Virus record (IMG/VR): IMGVR_UViG_3300037462_000310 | Location: 1-42,241 of that record | Strand: one strand, 5' to 3' | DNA: 42,241 bases | From: a virus | Lineage: Duplodnaviria > Caudoviricetes | Shown: positions 9,264 to 18,660 of the stretch, one piece after another | Layout of the letters: each line of letters opens with the position of its first letter | How positions within the stretch are numbered: position 1 is the stretch's first letter | Position numbers and translations under genes: made by a program | The notes under the pieces: generated by a model | What the model was told of the DNA's origin: nothing | Database searches by the model: none | What the model saw: only the letters and a program-made list of their open reading frames with translations

Positions 9264-9874
9264 CGGCCCACCTGCGGGCGGTTCTCGCCCCAGAAGACAT
9301 CGACCTCGCCCGACACATCGACGTAGCGCAGGAAGCGGTCGCCAAGACGCCGCTGCTGGGTGGCGTCCGACCGTTTCAAGGGCAGGGTCCGGGTGAGGTA
9401 CCGGGCCGATGACGCGATGGTGACGTCGCAGCGCGCCTCGCCGGTCTTCGGGTCGATCGGCAGCTCGACCTCGTCGATGATGCCCTTGAACAGACGATGA
9501 GGCTCCGCCACCAGCAGGCCGGTGACCGGATCGAACAGCGCGCGGTGGATCTCGATTGCGGCAAAGCGGGCGTCATAGGTCCGGATCAGCGCGGCCACCT
9601 CGGGCGACAGGGGCGACAGGCTGATCCGCTGCATGCGGACGGCGATGCCTGCCTGCGCCACGATGGGCGGGATCTCCATGATCGACCCGGCCCCGGCATA
9701 GGTCCGGGGCGTCCCGCCGATGGTGAAGCTGCGGTCCTGCGCCCCGGTCCAGAGGCCCAGGCTTTCGGAGGCACCCGTGGACCGGTTGCGCGCGACGGCC
9801 CAGACCAGGATTCGCGCCGAAAGTGCGGTGCGGTTCTGGAATTGGGCAAGGGTGGGGGCGTCGAAGCTGCGCAT
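9260..9874 (-). CDS. Tail hub / minor tail protein
   Basis: LWTG...YAGAG, RSDATQQRR..GDRF; synteny. Confidence 0.7.
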   Translation of the reverse strand: MRSFDAPTLAQFQNRTALSARILVWAVARNRSTGASESLGLWTGAQDRSFTIGGTPRTYAGAGSIMEIPPIVAQAGIAVRMQRISLSPLSPEVAALIRTYDARFAAIEIHRALFDPVTGLLVAEPHRLFKGIIDEVELPIDPKTGEARCDVTIASSARYLTRTLPLKRSDATQQRRLGDRFLRYVDVSGEVDVFWGENRPQVGR

Positions 9875-9876
9875 GT

Positions 9877-10539
9877 CTACCTCAGGCTCTGAACCCAGTC
9901 GAAGCCCAGGCCTTCGGAAAGGCTGGACCGACCGGTGTTTGGCGTGCCGGACCCGGCAACCTTGACCGCCTTGCAGAAGGCCTTGCGCAAGGTGACGGCC
10001 GCACCGGCCACGGCACCAGGACGAATGAAGGGCTCGACCTCGAACAGCGCCGTCTGCCCCGACCCGTTGGCCACGACGGTGGCATCGACCACCCGGTGCA
10101 GCGCCTGGCGCGTGACGGCCAGCGAGGTGTAGGCGAAGGACAGGTAGTCGCCCCGGCTAAGGGTATAGCCTACGGGCAATCCGGTCAGGGACAGCTCACG
10201 CGGGTCACCACCCAGGGCCAGGATTGTCACGCTGGCCGCGCCCAGGATCGTTCCCGTCGGGTCCAGAAGCGGATTGGGGCGGCGGCGATCGTACATGAGG
10301 AACGTGCGGCCCGCTTGGCCCAGAAGCGAGACCAGGACCTCCTGGTGGCCGACCTCGTGCTTCTGCTGCCCGCCGATGTTGATCCGCCCGGTCCAGAGCC
10401 GTTCGGCCAGGTCGGCGGTCAGCTGTTCGCCACCGGCAGTGCGGGATTGGGCCAGCTGCTCGGGCAGCTCGCAGGACGCCTCGGCGACCAGCAGGCTGTC
10501 GGCGAAGATGGGCAGGGAAAGGGGATAGGTCAGTGGCAT
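9877..10539 (-). CDS. Distal tail protein
   Basis: Directly after the tape measure gene; GDYLSF, VEPFIR motifs. Confidence 0.7.
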   Translation of the reverse strand: MPLTYPLSLPIFADSLLVAEASCELPEQLAQSRTAGGEQLTADLAERLWTGRINIGGQQKHEVGHQEVLVSLLGQAGRTFLMYDRRRPNPLLDPTGTILGAASVTILALGGDPRELSLTGLPVGYTLSRGDYLSFAYTSLAVTRQALHRVVDATVVANGSGQTALFEVEPFIRPGAVAGAAVTLRKAFCKAVKVAGSGTPNTGRSSLSEGLGFDWVQSLR

Positions 10540-12665
10540 CAGTTCACCCGCTTCTGGTCGGCCGAGACGCGCCGGACCGACCGCGGCAACGCCTCGCGGT
10601 CGTACAGCTGCAGGCCGGTCTGAACTGCGCGTCGGATATTCTCCTGGATCTCGGTGTTGCCTTGCGCGCCGCGCACGTCGATGACCAAAGTCGAAGGCCC
10701 GCCGCCCAAGCCGCGCCCGGCCATGCGGCGACTGTCCGACCCAATCATGCCGCCAGCGGCGTAGCCCGCCGTGAGCTGTGCTCCCGAGTTGATCGCTTCA
10801 AGCAGGTGAAGGTTGCGCGCCGTCGCCCGCGCGTTGACGATGTACTCGCCGTTCGCGGTCGGGGTCAGGAAGGTGTCTTTCGATCCATCGCCGGGACCGA
10901 ACACCCTGCCGCCGCCCGCGCGTCCGGCCCCCAGCGCCGGGAAGATCATCTGAAAGATGCTCTTGCCGCCAAACAGGCCGCCGAGGGGGCCTTCCCCCAG
11001 GATCGCCGCCTGCAGACCTGCCTTGATAAGCGTCTGGATCAGCTGTTCGCCTGCATCCTTGCCGCCCATCAGCGCGTCGATCAGGGCGTTGCCAGCCATG
11101 TTGCTGACTTCCTTGAGACCCTCGATTGCCGCCTTCTCGCGCTCGCGGGTTGCGATCAGCTCCTCGACCTTCTGCTTTTCCGCCTCGGTCGCCCCTGTCA
11201 GCGCCTCACGGTGCTTCAGAAGTTCCTGCTGGATCGGGTCCTGGACGCGCAGCGCCTGGATCTCGCCCTCAAGGCTGGTGATCAGCTCCTGAAGCGCGTT
11301 GGCCTCGTCCCGGGCAGCTGCACCGCCACCGCCAGCACCCCCCCTTCCGGGGACGATCGGGTTGTTGAAGGCGTCCAGGCTTGGGCCGGTGTATACGAAC
11401 CGCCCATAGCCCTCCTGATTTGAGGTGCGAGGGTCGCCGCCACGTCCAGAATAGACCTTCCCGTCAGCTGCAAGCTTTTGCTGCGCGGCTGCGAACTGGC
11501 CGGCCGCGCTGATTGTAGCAATGATACCTTGGGCCATACCGAGAAGCCGTGCGGCAGCAGGCTCGGCGGATTCGAACGCAGCGACGAGATTGCTGCCGTC
11601 TGCGCGGTTTAAGTTCCCCATAATGGACGACAGGATGCTGGAAAGGCCCGTCGCCTCATTCTTGCTGCGAACGATCTCTTCGGTTGTACCGGCCTGTTCC
11701 TCGCGCACCCTGACCAGGCTGACGATCATCTCGTTTAGCGGGGCAAGGACGGCATCCTCTGCAGCGGAAATTTCGCCCGAAGCCATCGCAGCTTCGGTGA
11801 ACTTGATCTTCAGGTTCTCGGCGGCGGCGATCTGCTCGTCCAAGGTGCCAGCGCTGTCCAGCTGCTGAAAGGCTGCCAGGACAGTGTTGATCTCGCGCCG
11901 CGCCTCGCTGGACCAGATGCTCAGGTCGAACATGTCGGCCAGGTTCTTCTGGTTGCCGACACCGAACTCGGGGCCTTCGTAGATCCCGATCTGGGCCTGA
12001 AGGTCGACAGAGGCCTGCCTTGCGGCCCGTTGCGTTTCGCGCAACTCCAGCTCGGCCATGTCTTGCAGAAGCTTCCGGATCTCGCGGCTAGATTCGCCGA
12101 ACTCGCCTCGCAGTTCGGCCGTCGACATGCGGGCGCGACCGATGGCCTGAACGAAGCTGTCAGCCCGGTCGGAAAGTTGGTCGACGCTATCGGCAAAGCT
12201 CATCGTCTCGTCAGCAGCGCCCGTCAACCACTGGAAAGCTGCTGCACCCGCCGCGATGAGGCCGATGGTGACGAAGTTCAGGGGGTTCAATAGCGACAGG
12301 AACGCGTTCTTCAGCGCGCCGACCGCCCCGGCCGCACCCATCGGCCCGATGACCTGAACAATCTGGCTACCTTGCTGAACCGCAAGCTGCAGCGGGTTCT
12401 GCCCCGCCGCCATCATCACGCCGATATCTTGGAACTGGGCGAAGAGGTTGCCGGTGGCACCCGCCGCGCTTGCGTTGGCGGCCTGAAGCTCTCGCGCGGC
12501 CCGGGCGTTGGCCTGCTTTGCCGTCGCAGCGGCCCGCTCCGCCGCGGCACCACGTGTCGTGGCCGATCCCAGGCGTTCTGTCGAGGACGCCACTTCTTGG
12601 ATCGCCGCCTTCGCGGCCGGGGCCCCTTCGGCCCGCAGGAGCATGGAGAGGGTGAGCTGCGTCAT
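10539..12665 (-). CDS. Tail tape measure protein (708 aa)
   Basis: QFQDIGVMMAAGQNPLQLAVQQGSQI (lambda-type TMP motif), helical Ala-rich, AGGG..GPG C-terminus. Confidence 0.9.
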   Translation of the reverse strand: MTQLTLSMLLRAEGAPAAKAAIQEVASSTERLGSATTRGAAAERAAATAKQANARAARELQAANASAAGATGNLFAQFQDIGVMMAAGQNPLQLAVQQGSQIVQVIGPMGAAGAVGALKNAFLSLLNPLNFVTIGLIAAGAAAFQWLTGAADETMSFADSVDQLSDRADSFVQAIGRARMSTAELRGEFGESSREIRKLLQDMAELELRETQRAARQASVDLQAQIGIYEGPEFGVGNQKNLADMFDLSIWSSEARREINTVLAAFQQLDSAGTLDEQIAAAENLKIKFTEAAMASGEISAAEDAVLAPLNEMIVSLVRVREEQAGTTEEIVRSKNEATGLSSILSSIMGNLNRADGSNLVAAFESAEPAAARLLGMAQGIIATISAAGQFAAAQQKLAADGKVYSGRGGDPRTSNQEGYGRFVYTGPSLDAFNNPIVPGRGGAGGGGAAARDEANALQELITSLEGEIQALRVQDPIQQELLKHREALTGATEAEKQKVEELIATREREKAAIEGLKEVSNMAGNALIDALMGGKDAGEQLIQTLIKAGLQAAILGEGPLGGLFGGKSIFQMIFPALGAGRAGGGRVFGPGDGSKDTFLTPTANGEYIVNARATARNLHLLEAINSGAQLTAGYAAGGMIGSDSRRMAGRGLGGGPSTLVIDVRGAQGNTEIQENIRRAVQTGLQLYDREALPRSVRRVSADQKRVN

Positions 12666-12970
12666 GCCTCACCGTCCCGGTGCGCGGTCAGGACGCCCCA
12701 TTCGATCACCCGGATTGCACTCCACAGGTCCGGCGTCACGTCGACACCTGCCTGACGCAGGCAGACCTCGGCCGCTGTGTAATCCAGGCCGGTGCGCTCC
12801 AGGCTGCCGTCGAAGTGGGCGACGGTGCGGAACTGCGAACAGATCTCGAGGAAGGCGTGAACCGCCTCCTCGTTCTCTGGCCAGACCCCGTCCTCGTCGT
12901 CATCGTCCTTGTCCCATCCTGTCGGCAGAGCGATGCCCCAAAGGGCGGCATCGGCCCGCGCTCCCGCCAT
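12662..12970 (-). CDS. Tail assembly chaperone, frameshifted C-terminal part (DUF1799-like, gpT equivalent)
   Basis: VWPEN...QFR...GLDY motif; reading frame open back to the slippery site. Confidence 0.8.
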   Translation of the reverse strand: MAGARADAALWGIALPTGWDKDDDDEDGVWPENEEAVHAFLEICSQFRTVAHFDGSLERTGLDYTAAEVCLRQAGVDVTPDLWSAIRVIEWGVLTAHRDGEA

Positions 12971-13023
12971 CTTGTCGCGCTTCTGGCCGAGCTCGCCTGT
13001 CGCCCAGGCGCGCCCGGCCCATT

Positions 13024-13356
13024 TCAGTTTTTTGCGCGCGCGCCCATCATTGCGGTCTGGTAGGTCCGCAGAAGCGGCGCGCGGCAGAAGGTCAGGCCAA
13101 GAATGCGCTCGAACAGGGCTTCGTCGTCCGGGACCAACTGGCCGTCGTCGTCGACCACGGCCGGAAAGCCGACGATGGCGGCGCGAAGAAACGCATTCTG
13201 GCCCTGTTCGGTCGTCAGATCGTCGTGCAGACGCAGCGTGTCGGCATCCAGGACACGGAAGCGGGTCTTCAGCGTCACCTCCTCGAAGCCGTCATCGACC
13301 GGCCACTGGACCGGGACGTCGTGCAGGAAGGTCGCGTTCTTCTTCAGCTTGAACAT
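13024..13356 (-). CDS. Tail assembly chaperone (gpG equivalent)
   Basis: Between tail tube and tape measure; ends ...RAKN at the slippery site. Confidence 0.82.
   Translation of the reverse strand: MFKLKKNATFLHDVPVQWPVDDGFEEVTLKTRFRVLDADTLRLHDDLTTEQGQNAFLRAAIVGFPAVVDDDGQLVPDDEALFERILGLTFCRAPLLRTYQTAMMGARAKN
13027..13033 (-). other. -1 programmed ribosomal frameshift site A AAA AAC
   Basis: GCA AAA AAC TGA at the chaperone end; the -1 frame reads LKWAGRAWATGELGQKRDKMAG into 12662-12970. Confidence 0.85.
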
Positions 13357-13409
13357 GGGGGGATGCTCCAAAGGTCAGGGATGGGGCCGGGCGCGCTGGC
13401 GCCCAGGCT

Positions 13410-14348
13410 TTAGGTCAGGGTCAGCGTCCACTGGTCATTGCCGGTGACAGGGAGCGGGGCCAGGCGCAGCGGCCATTCCTTGATGTCCTGGGCGCTCTCC
13501 AGACCTTGCAGGCGCTGCACCTGGGCGGCGGGCATGTTCAGGGTGCTGATGCGGCCCGCACCTGTGCCGTGGGTCAGGACGACCGGCACGGTGGTCTGGT
13601 TCTGCGCCAGGGTGAACGGGTTGAAGGCCGTCAGGGGCTGGGCCTCGACGACGGTCTCGACCTCTTCCTCGCGCTGGGTGATCAGGATCTGCTCGGCCCC
13701 GATCAGGAAGCGCGGCTCTACCGCGTTCTTCAGGTCCAGGCTGAAGGTCCGCATGACGAAGGCGACTGCGTTGATCGTGAAGATGGGCGTGTTCAGCGTG
13801 CTGCCTGCCTGCGGCTTCTGGAAGGCAGTCAGGGTCGGCACGACACGGGCTGTCTCGGCCGGGGACGAGAAGAGACCGGTGAAGCTGAATTCCAGGTACG
13901 GGATGCCGTTGGCCCCCACCATGACCTTCGCCGTGCCCCGGGTGCCCCGCATCACGTAGCGGGTGCTGTCGATCCAAAGGTGGATCGTCGCGGACTCATG
14001 GTTGGTCGAGATCGGGTTGTAGACCACGCTGGTCCCGGCGTTGACGACCTGGGCGCAGCCGCAGGCGCGCATAAGGACGCCCCAGCCCGGGGCCGTGCCA
14101 GCCGTGCCAGACGGGGCCAGCTCGACCCGGAATGAAAGCTTGGCGTGCAGCTCGGTCGGGATGGTGCCCTGGCCGCCCAGATAGGGCAGTTCCAGGTCCC
14201 GGCTCACGTCGTTGCCTTCCATCGGCTGGATCTTGACCTCGGTCGCCAGGATCGCGTTCAGGGCGCCGGTCGGGGCGGAATCGGTTCCGTAGACTGTCTC
14301 GATCTTGGCCAGCAGGATCTTCGACTTCCAGTACAGTGGAGCGGGCAT
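13410..14348 (-). CDS. Major tail tube protein
   Basis: 312 aa, LAKIETVYGTD N-terminus; no sheath gene present. Confidence 0.82.
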   Translation of the reverse strand: MPAPLYWKSKILLAKIETVYGTDSAPTGALNAILATEVKIQPMEGNDVSRDLELPYLGGQGTIPTELHAKLSFRVELAPSGTAGTAPGWGVLMRACGCAQVVNAGTSVVYNPISTNHESATIHLWIDSTRYVMRGTRGTAKVMVGANGIPYLEFSFTGLFSSPAETARVVPTLTAFQKPQAGSTLNTPIFTINAVAFVMRTFSLDLKNAVEPRFLIGAEQILITQREEEVETVVEAQPLTAFNPFTLAQNQTTVPVVLTHGTGAGRISTLNMPAAQVQRLQGLESAQDIKEWPLRLAPLPVTGNDQWTLTLT

Positions 14349-14349
14349 G

Positions 14350-14541
14350 TCAGACCTCCTTCACGGGGACTTCAACGCCCCCTTCAAGTGTCGCTTCGGC
14401 GCGGGCCTCGGGACGGTTGTCCGTGGCCTCCTCCAGCCGCAGGGTGCCGTCGGGCAGACGGATGTAGCTGCCGCCCTGGTGGGGCAGCGGCAGGGCCTCG
14501 GACGGGACGGTGTCCTGGGTCACGGGGGCGGGCTTCTTCAT
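14350..14541 (-). CDS. Small hypothetical protein (GGSYIRLPDG motif)
   Basis: Coupled overlap with the upstream gene; position before the tail tube. Confidence 0.65.
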   Translation of the reverse strand: MKKPAPVTQDTVPSEALPLPHQGGSYIRLPDGTLRLEEATDNRPEARAEATLEGGVEVPVKEV

Positions 14542-14975
14542 GATGGGTCGATCCTCAGCTGGTCGCCGATGGCGAAGTCGATCTGGTAGACGAGCGTCCC
14601 GGCCGAGAAGTTGACCAGGGTGCCGCGCGCCAGGCGAAAGGTCCCAAGGACGCCCGCAGGCGACCAACCGGCCAAGGCCTCGATCACGGCGCGCTTGATC
14701 TCTTCGGACCTCTCGAAGGCGCGCTTGCCGGTGAGGGTGTTGGAGCGGAAGGTCAGGACGACGCCGAAGACTTCCTCGAAGCCCTGACGAAACAGGCCCG
14801 CCGCCGCGTCCGGGGTGCCACCCTGCAGCCCGACCGAGATCACGTTCGCAGCCGGAGTGGTCTCCGGCAGGCGGCCTTGTGCCATCAGCTCGGCCAGGTT
14901 CAAGGCAGCCTCGACCCGGCCCGAGAAGTCCGGGACCCGCTCCTTCAGCCGCTCGATCAGATCCTCGATCAGCAT
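14538..14975 (-). CDS. Tail terminator (Mu gp37-like)
   Basis: ALAGWSP motif; synteny. Confidence 0.72.
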   Translation of the reverse strand: MLIEDLIERLKERVPDFSGRVEAALNLAELMAQGRLPETTPAANVISVGLQGGTPDAAAGLFRQGFEEVFGVVLTFRSNTLTGKRAFERSEEIKRAVIEALAGWSPAGVLGTFRLARGTLVNFSAGTLVYQIDFAIGDQLRIDPS

Positions 14976-15403
14976 CAGATGAAGCCCTTGAGGTTGTCTT
15001 CGGTGAAGGGCCGCTCGCGGTCGGTGATCTGGACGCCCGTCGACCCGGTCGAGGGTGCCTCGACCCCGGCAGCGGTCAGCGTGATCGTGCCTTGGGCAAT
15101 GGCCGTCAGGGTCCTGATCGCGTCCTTGTAGTCGGCCTCGATCTTCGGCGGGGCCTCGAAGAGGTGCAGGTTGTAGATCGTGATCGCGCCCGCCACGCCC
15201 ACCAGCATCGGCTGGGCCACGCTCAGCGGCAGGGCATAGCGGCGCGCCAGATACCCGTCGATCAGGGCGTCCGTCTCGGCCAGGGCCCGGTCCACCACGT
15301 CGGTGTCGATCACCCCAAGCGCGTCCGTCCCACGATCGGTGAGCGAGATCAGCATCTGCTCTCCGAAGCGGTCGATCAGCTGGGCAAGGGTGACGTAGGG
15401 CAT
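14975..15403 (-). CDS. Head-tail adaptor (Mu gp36 / DUF1320)
   Basis: MPYVT...LIDGYLARRYALPL...YKDAIRTL. Confidence 0.88.
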   Translation of the reverse strand: MPYVTLAQLIDRFGEQMLISLTDRGTDALGVIDTDVVDRALAETDALIDGYLARRYALPLSVAQPMLVGVAGAITIYNLHLFEAPPKIEADYKDAIRTLTAIAQGTITLTAAGVEAPSTGSTGVQITDRERPFTEDNLKGFI

Positions 15404-15569
15404 TGGGTCCTCGGGTTACGGTGCCGGTCTCTCCCGGCTGTCACGGCCATTGCCATCCGTTGTGGGCACCGATCCGCGCGGGCCTCGCCTACTCACTCCG
15501 GTCCCCAGACCTCGGCCTTGTGCTGCGCCTTCCGGTTCGGATCAGTCCTCGGCTTTCGCTTCGGGATGG
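15404..15569 (-). ncRNA. Candidate structured intergenic RNA
   Basis: 166-bp gap in a tightly packed operon; stems GATCCG/CGGATC and GCCGG-GAGAGA-CCGGC; four CGAGGnC copies. Confidence 0.4.
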
Positions 15570-16022
15570 TCAGGCCGCTGGCACCAGGGCGACAGTCAGC
15601 TCGGGATCGCCTTCCAGCTTGGCCAAATCGTCCTCGGTCAGCTCGGCCACCGGGATCTCCACCGGCTCGGGCCCGAACTTGCGACCAGCGCGCCAGCGGC
15701 CCTTGGCCGGGCCGACGACGCGAAGGACGTGGCCCGTCGCTGAACCGGTCTTCCAGGCTTCCGGAACATCCGGCGACGGCGGGGTGCCGTCAGGTGCATT
15801 CACCACGTCGGGGGCGGGCGCTTGAGGGGCGGCGTCCGCCTGGGGGGCCTGATTGGCCGCCCCCGTCGCATCCCCGTCCCCCAACGTGGATTGGGTCACA
15901 ACCGCCTGATCGGCGGCCTGGTTGGTCTGCGCCTCGGTCGGGGCGGGAGGCGTGGTTTGTGCGGCAGGCTGTACAGGCGCGGCAGGCTGGCGCGCGGCCT
16001 TTGGCTTCGACGATCGAGACAT
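15570..16022 (-). CDS. Mu gp35 / HI1506-like protein with low-complexity N-terminus
   Basis: GRWRAGRKF...LEGDPELTV C-terminal motif; RBS GGAG before MSRS. Confidence 0.72.
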   Translation of the reverse strand: MSRSSKPKAARQPAAPVQPAAQTTPPAPTEAQTNQAADQAVVTQSTLGDGDATGAANQAPQADAAPQAPAPDVVNAPDGTPPSPDVPEAWKTGSATGHVLRVVGPAKGRWRAGRKFGPEPVEIPVAELTEDDLAKLEGDPELTVALVPAA

Positions 16023-16057
16023 CGGTTTCTCCATGATCAGGGACGGGGTGTGATCGA

Positions 16058-16084
16058 GAAAGGGGGCGGGCTGTACCGCCCCCT
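16058..16084 (-). terminator. Hairpin / weak intrinsic terminator after the capsid gene
   Basis: AGGGGGCGG-TACAGC-CCGCCCCCT followed by TTC. Confidence 0.55.
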
Positions 16085-16109
16085 CAGCTGGATCACGCCA
16101 TCAGGCGGC

Positions 16110-17003
16110 TCAGGCGAGCCACGGGACGACGAGAAGCTCGGCCGTGCCCTTCCACTCGTTGGTCGCGCCCGCGTCGTTGTTCTCCGAGTTCAGGAGCTTG
16201 CGCCCGGCACTTTCCAGCGACGGCGGCACGACCAGGAGGTTCGAAACCAGGCCCAGCGGACGGCCACCGTCGCCCTTCATGTTCTGGAGCGCTGCACGGG
16301 CGATCCCGTAGTTCGCCCCGTTCAGGGTCTGCTTCGAGCCCCAGGCCAGCTGCGGCAAGCCGTAGCCCACGTTGCAGCGCAGATCGACGCCATAGATGAA
16401 CCGGCGCTGGGAGAAGACGTTGTCGTCGCTCTCCTTGTCCTTCGACACGAAGGTCGCAGGCTTGCGCTCCTGGTAGATGATCGGCTTCACCGACTGGTTG
16501 GTGCAGAGCAGGAACCACGGGGTGCCCGAGCCGCCGTCGGTGTTGGCGAAGGTGGTGTCGTTGCCGTCCTTGTCCTTGATCGGGTGGTCGGTGTCGAAGA
16601 AGAACTGGCCGTCGTAGCAGTTGGTCGTGAAGCCGTTCTTCAAGAGGTCCCAGGTCAGGATCTCCGGGAAGGCGGCTGCAGCCTCGCCCAGGCGCGTCAT
16701 CAGCATCGAATACTGACCGAGGTTGTCGTCCTCGATGTCGTTGCGGTCTACGCCGACCGTCTGTTCGAAGTGCTTGTTCGCGATGACATAGCTGGATTCG
16801 GCCAGGTTCTGGATCACCCGGGAGCCGATCCATTCCCGCATGTTGGGCATCTGGTTCAGCCAGCCGTAGGTGTTCGATGCCGTCGTGGAACGGATGGTCA
16901 TCGCCACCCGATCCTTCTGCAAGGGGGCCATGCCGAGGCCGTCCTTGAAGGCGGTGTTGAACGCCGTGCGAAGGGCGTCGAGGGTTGCCTGTGAAATGAT
17001 CAT
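16110..17003 (-). CDS. Major capsid protein (Mu gpT family)
   Basis: YGWL...MREWIG, RNDIEDDNLG, YDGQFFFDTDHP. Confidence 0.95.
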   Translation of the reverse strand: MIISQATLDALRTAFNTAFKDGLGMAPLQKDRVAMTIRSTTASNTYGWLNQMPNMREWIGSRVIQNLAESSYVIANKHFEQTVGVDRNDIEDDNLGQYSMLMTRLGEAAAAFPEILTWDLLKNGFTTNCYDGQFFFDTDHPIKDKDGNDTTFANTDGGSGTPWFLLCTNQSVKPIIYQERKPATFVSKDKESDDNVFSQRRFIYGVDLRCNVGYGLPQLAWGSKQTLNGANYGIARAALQNMKGDGGRPLGLVSNLLVVPPSLESAGRKLLNSENNDAGATNEWKGTAELLVVPWLA

Positions 17004-17015
17004 GGTGCTGGTTCC

Positions 17016-17447
17016 TTACGACAGCATGGCGCGGGTGAGGGCTTCGTCCATGCGGACCCAGACACCTTGGGCGTCCACGGCCTCGACGACGCCCGCGGGC
17101 GAGCGGGTGTTGGTGCCACTCGTCTTGGCGACCGTCTGGTCGTCGACGATGTAGCAGACGGCCCCGCGGTCGGCCTCGGCGATCAGGTCACCGGCGGCCG
17201 AGTTGGCCCAGCGGAAGATGCCGGGGCGGTAGCGCTGCGACGTGACACCGGCAGTGGTGGACGCGCCGCGGGTTTCCGCCCGGCCGACGCCAAACGAACC
17301 CGTCGCGGTCGCGCCCTCGATCAGGTGGCCCGAGGCGTTCCGCATCAGAAGCGCACCGTTGAAGATCTGCTGGGACGCGCCCAACAGGCCGACGCGTTCG
17401 CCGGGCTCGAGTTCGGGGGTATTGCGGTCAGCGGTCAGCGCAACCAT
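17016..17447 (-). CDS. Capsid decoration/cement protein
   Basis: ALTADRNTP...CYIVDDQTV...GVWV; between protease and capsid. Confidence 0.75.
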   Translation of the reverse strand: MVALTADRNTPELEPGERVGLLGASQQIFNGALLMRNASGHLIEGATATGSFGVGRAETRGASTTAGVTSQRYRPGIFRWANSAAGDLIAEADRGAVCYIVDDQTVAKTSGTNTRSPAGVVEAVDAQGVWVRMDEALTRAMLS

Positions 17448-18031
17448 CAGCGGGCCTCCTCAGCCAGGGTTTTCTTGAAAGCGTCTCGGGAGACACCGAG
17501 GAGCTCGATCGCCTGCAGCTGCTCGGCGTTCAGCTCGACGGTGCCGTCCGCGCCGACCGGCGGCTTGACGGTCGTGATGATGGCGGTCGGGGCGACGATG
17601 GGCTGCGCCTCGATGATCGCCTTGGCCTGGTCGGGCTGCGACATGTGCAGGCTGACCAGGTGCTCGCGGCTGGCGGCCGTGATGCCGGTGCGGCCCTTCT
17701 TCATCTCGCCGTCGACATAGGCCTCGGACGCGGTGCGCTTGGCCCCATCCTTCAGCGTGGTCAGCTCGGACTGCAGGGCGGTCAGCTGCGATTGCAGGGC
17801 GACCACATCGCCGCCGCCAGCCGTCTTGACCTTCACGGCCGCGACGATGGCATCCGGGGTGCCGGTCGGCAGACCCACGGTCGTGCCGATCTCGGTCAGG
17901 GCCGACTGCAGCGCCGCATCGGGCTTGTCATCCTTTTTGTCGGCCATGCTGCCGATCTTCGCTAGGATCTGGTCCAGCGAAGCGTCGGCAGCGAGGCCGA
18001 GCTTTTCGGCGATCTTGCTCATGCCTTCCAT
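17447..18031 (-). CDS. Putative scaffold protein Z from an in-frame internal start
   Basis: GAGGAG upstream of in-frame MEGMSKI right after the protease domain, as in Mu I/Z. Confidence 0.6.
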   Translation of the reverse strand: MEGMSKIAEKLGLAADASLDQILAKIGSMADKKDDKPDAALQSALTEIGTTVGLPTGTPDAIVAAVKVKTAGGGDVVALQSQLTALQSELTTLKDGAKRTASEAYVDGEMKKGRTGITAASREHLVSLHMSQPDQAKAIIEAQPIVAPTAIITTVKPPVGADGTVELNAEQLQAIELLGVSRDAFKKTLAEEAR

Positions 18032-18535
18032 ACGGGAGGTCTCCTCGGTGTTGAGTGCGGCCAGGCCGCGCAGGTTGGGAACGTTGACCAGGGATGCGCG
18101 CGGGATCAGCTTCACCGTGCGCTTGTCGTTCGGATCGACCATCAGGACGGGCGAGATGCCGCGATAGGCCTTGTCGGCCACCAGGGCGCGCCCGGCAGCG
18201 GTCCACTCGACGCGGCCCCAAAGACCGTCGGTGCGGGCCTGCATCTCGACGATCCAGCCGCGCGCCGGGGCCTCGTGGCCCGGGCGCAGATCGGTTGCGT
18301 GGTTCTCGTCGATCGGGATTCCACGCTCCCAGGCCATCGACGCCTGGATGACTGCTTGCAGGTCGGCCACATGATAGGGGCCTCGTCCGTCGAAGGTCTC
18401 GACCGCACCCTGCGCCACGGGCAGAAGCTGAACCCACTCGGGCACGGCCCCGTCGCTGCCAATGGCTGGCAACGCTGCGGACGCGGCGAGGGCGATCAGG
18501 TCGGACCTGGTGGAGGAGGCGGGGGCGATATGCAT
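17447..18535 (-). CDS. Prohead protease I (Mu gp32) with C-terminal scaffold
   Basis: DGRGP, IDENH, PARGW, VEWT, YRGISPV, LVNVPNL. Confidence 0.92.
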   Translation of the reverse strand: MHIAPASSTRSDLIALAASAALPAIGSDGAVPEWVQLLPVAQGAVETFDGRGPYHVADLQAVIQASMAWERGIPIDENHATDLRPGHEAPARGWIVEMQARTDGLWGRVEWTAAGRALVADKAYRGISPVLMVDPNDKRTVKLIPRASLVNVPNLRGLAALNTEETSRMEGMSKIAEKLGLAADASLDQILAKIGSMADKKDDKPDAALQSALTEIGTTVGLPTGTPDAIVAAVKVKTAGGGDVVALQSQLTALQSELTTLKDGAKRTASEAYVDGEMKKGRTGITAASREHLVSLHMSQPDQAKAIIEAQPIVAPTAIITTVKPPVGADGTVELNAEQLQAIELLGVSRDAFKKTLAEEAR

Positions 18536-18568
18536 GCCGCCAGACTGGCGGATGGACCAGGGCCGAAA

Positions 18569-18588
18569 CACCTACAACGGCTTGTAGG
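18569..18588. promoter_or_regulatory. Late promoter activator-binding palindrome (head operon)
   Basis: CACCTACAACGGCTTGTAGG, 19/20 identical to 28265-28284. Confidence 0.78.
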
Positions 18589-18660
18589 AACCGGGGTATT
18601 TCACGGGGATCGGGATGCCCCTACCGTGACCCGGCAGGCGTCACGGGTCAAGGTCCGGCT

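Noticed and set aside
15404-15569. tRNA or hammerhead ribozyme
   Set aside because: No cloverleaf/TTC arm and no CUGANGA core visible
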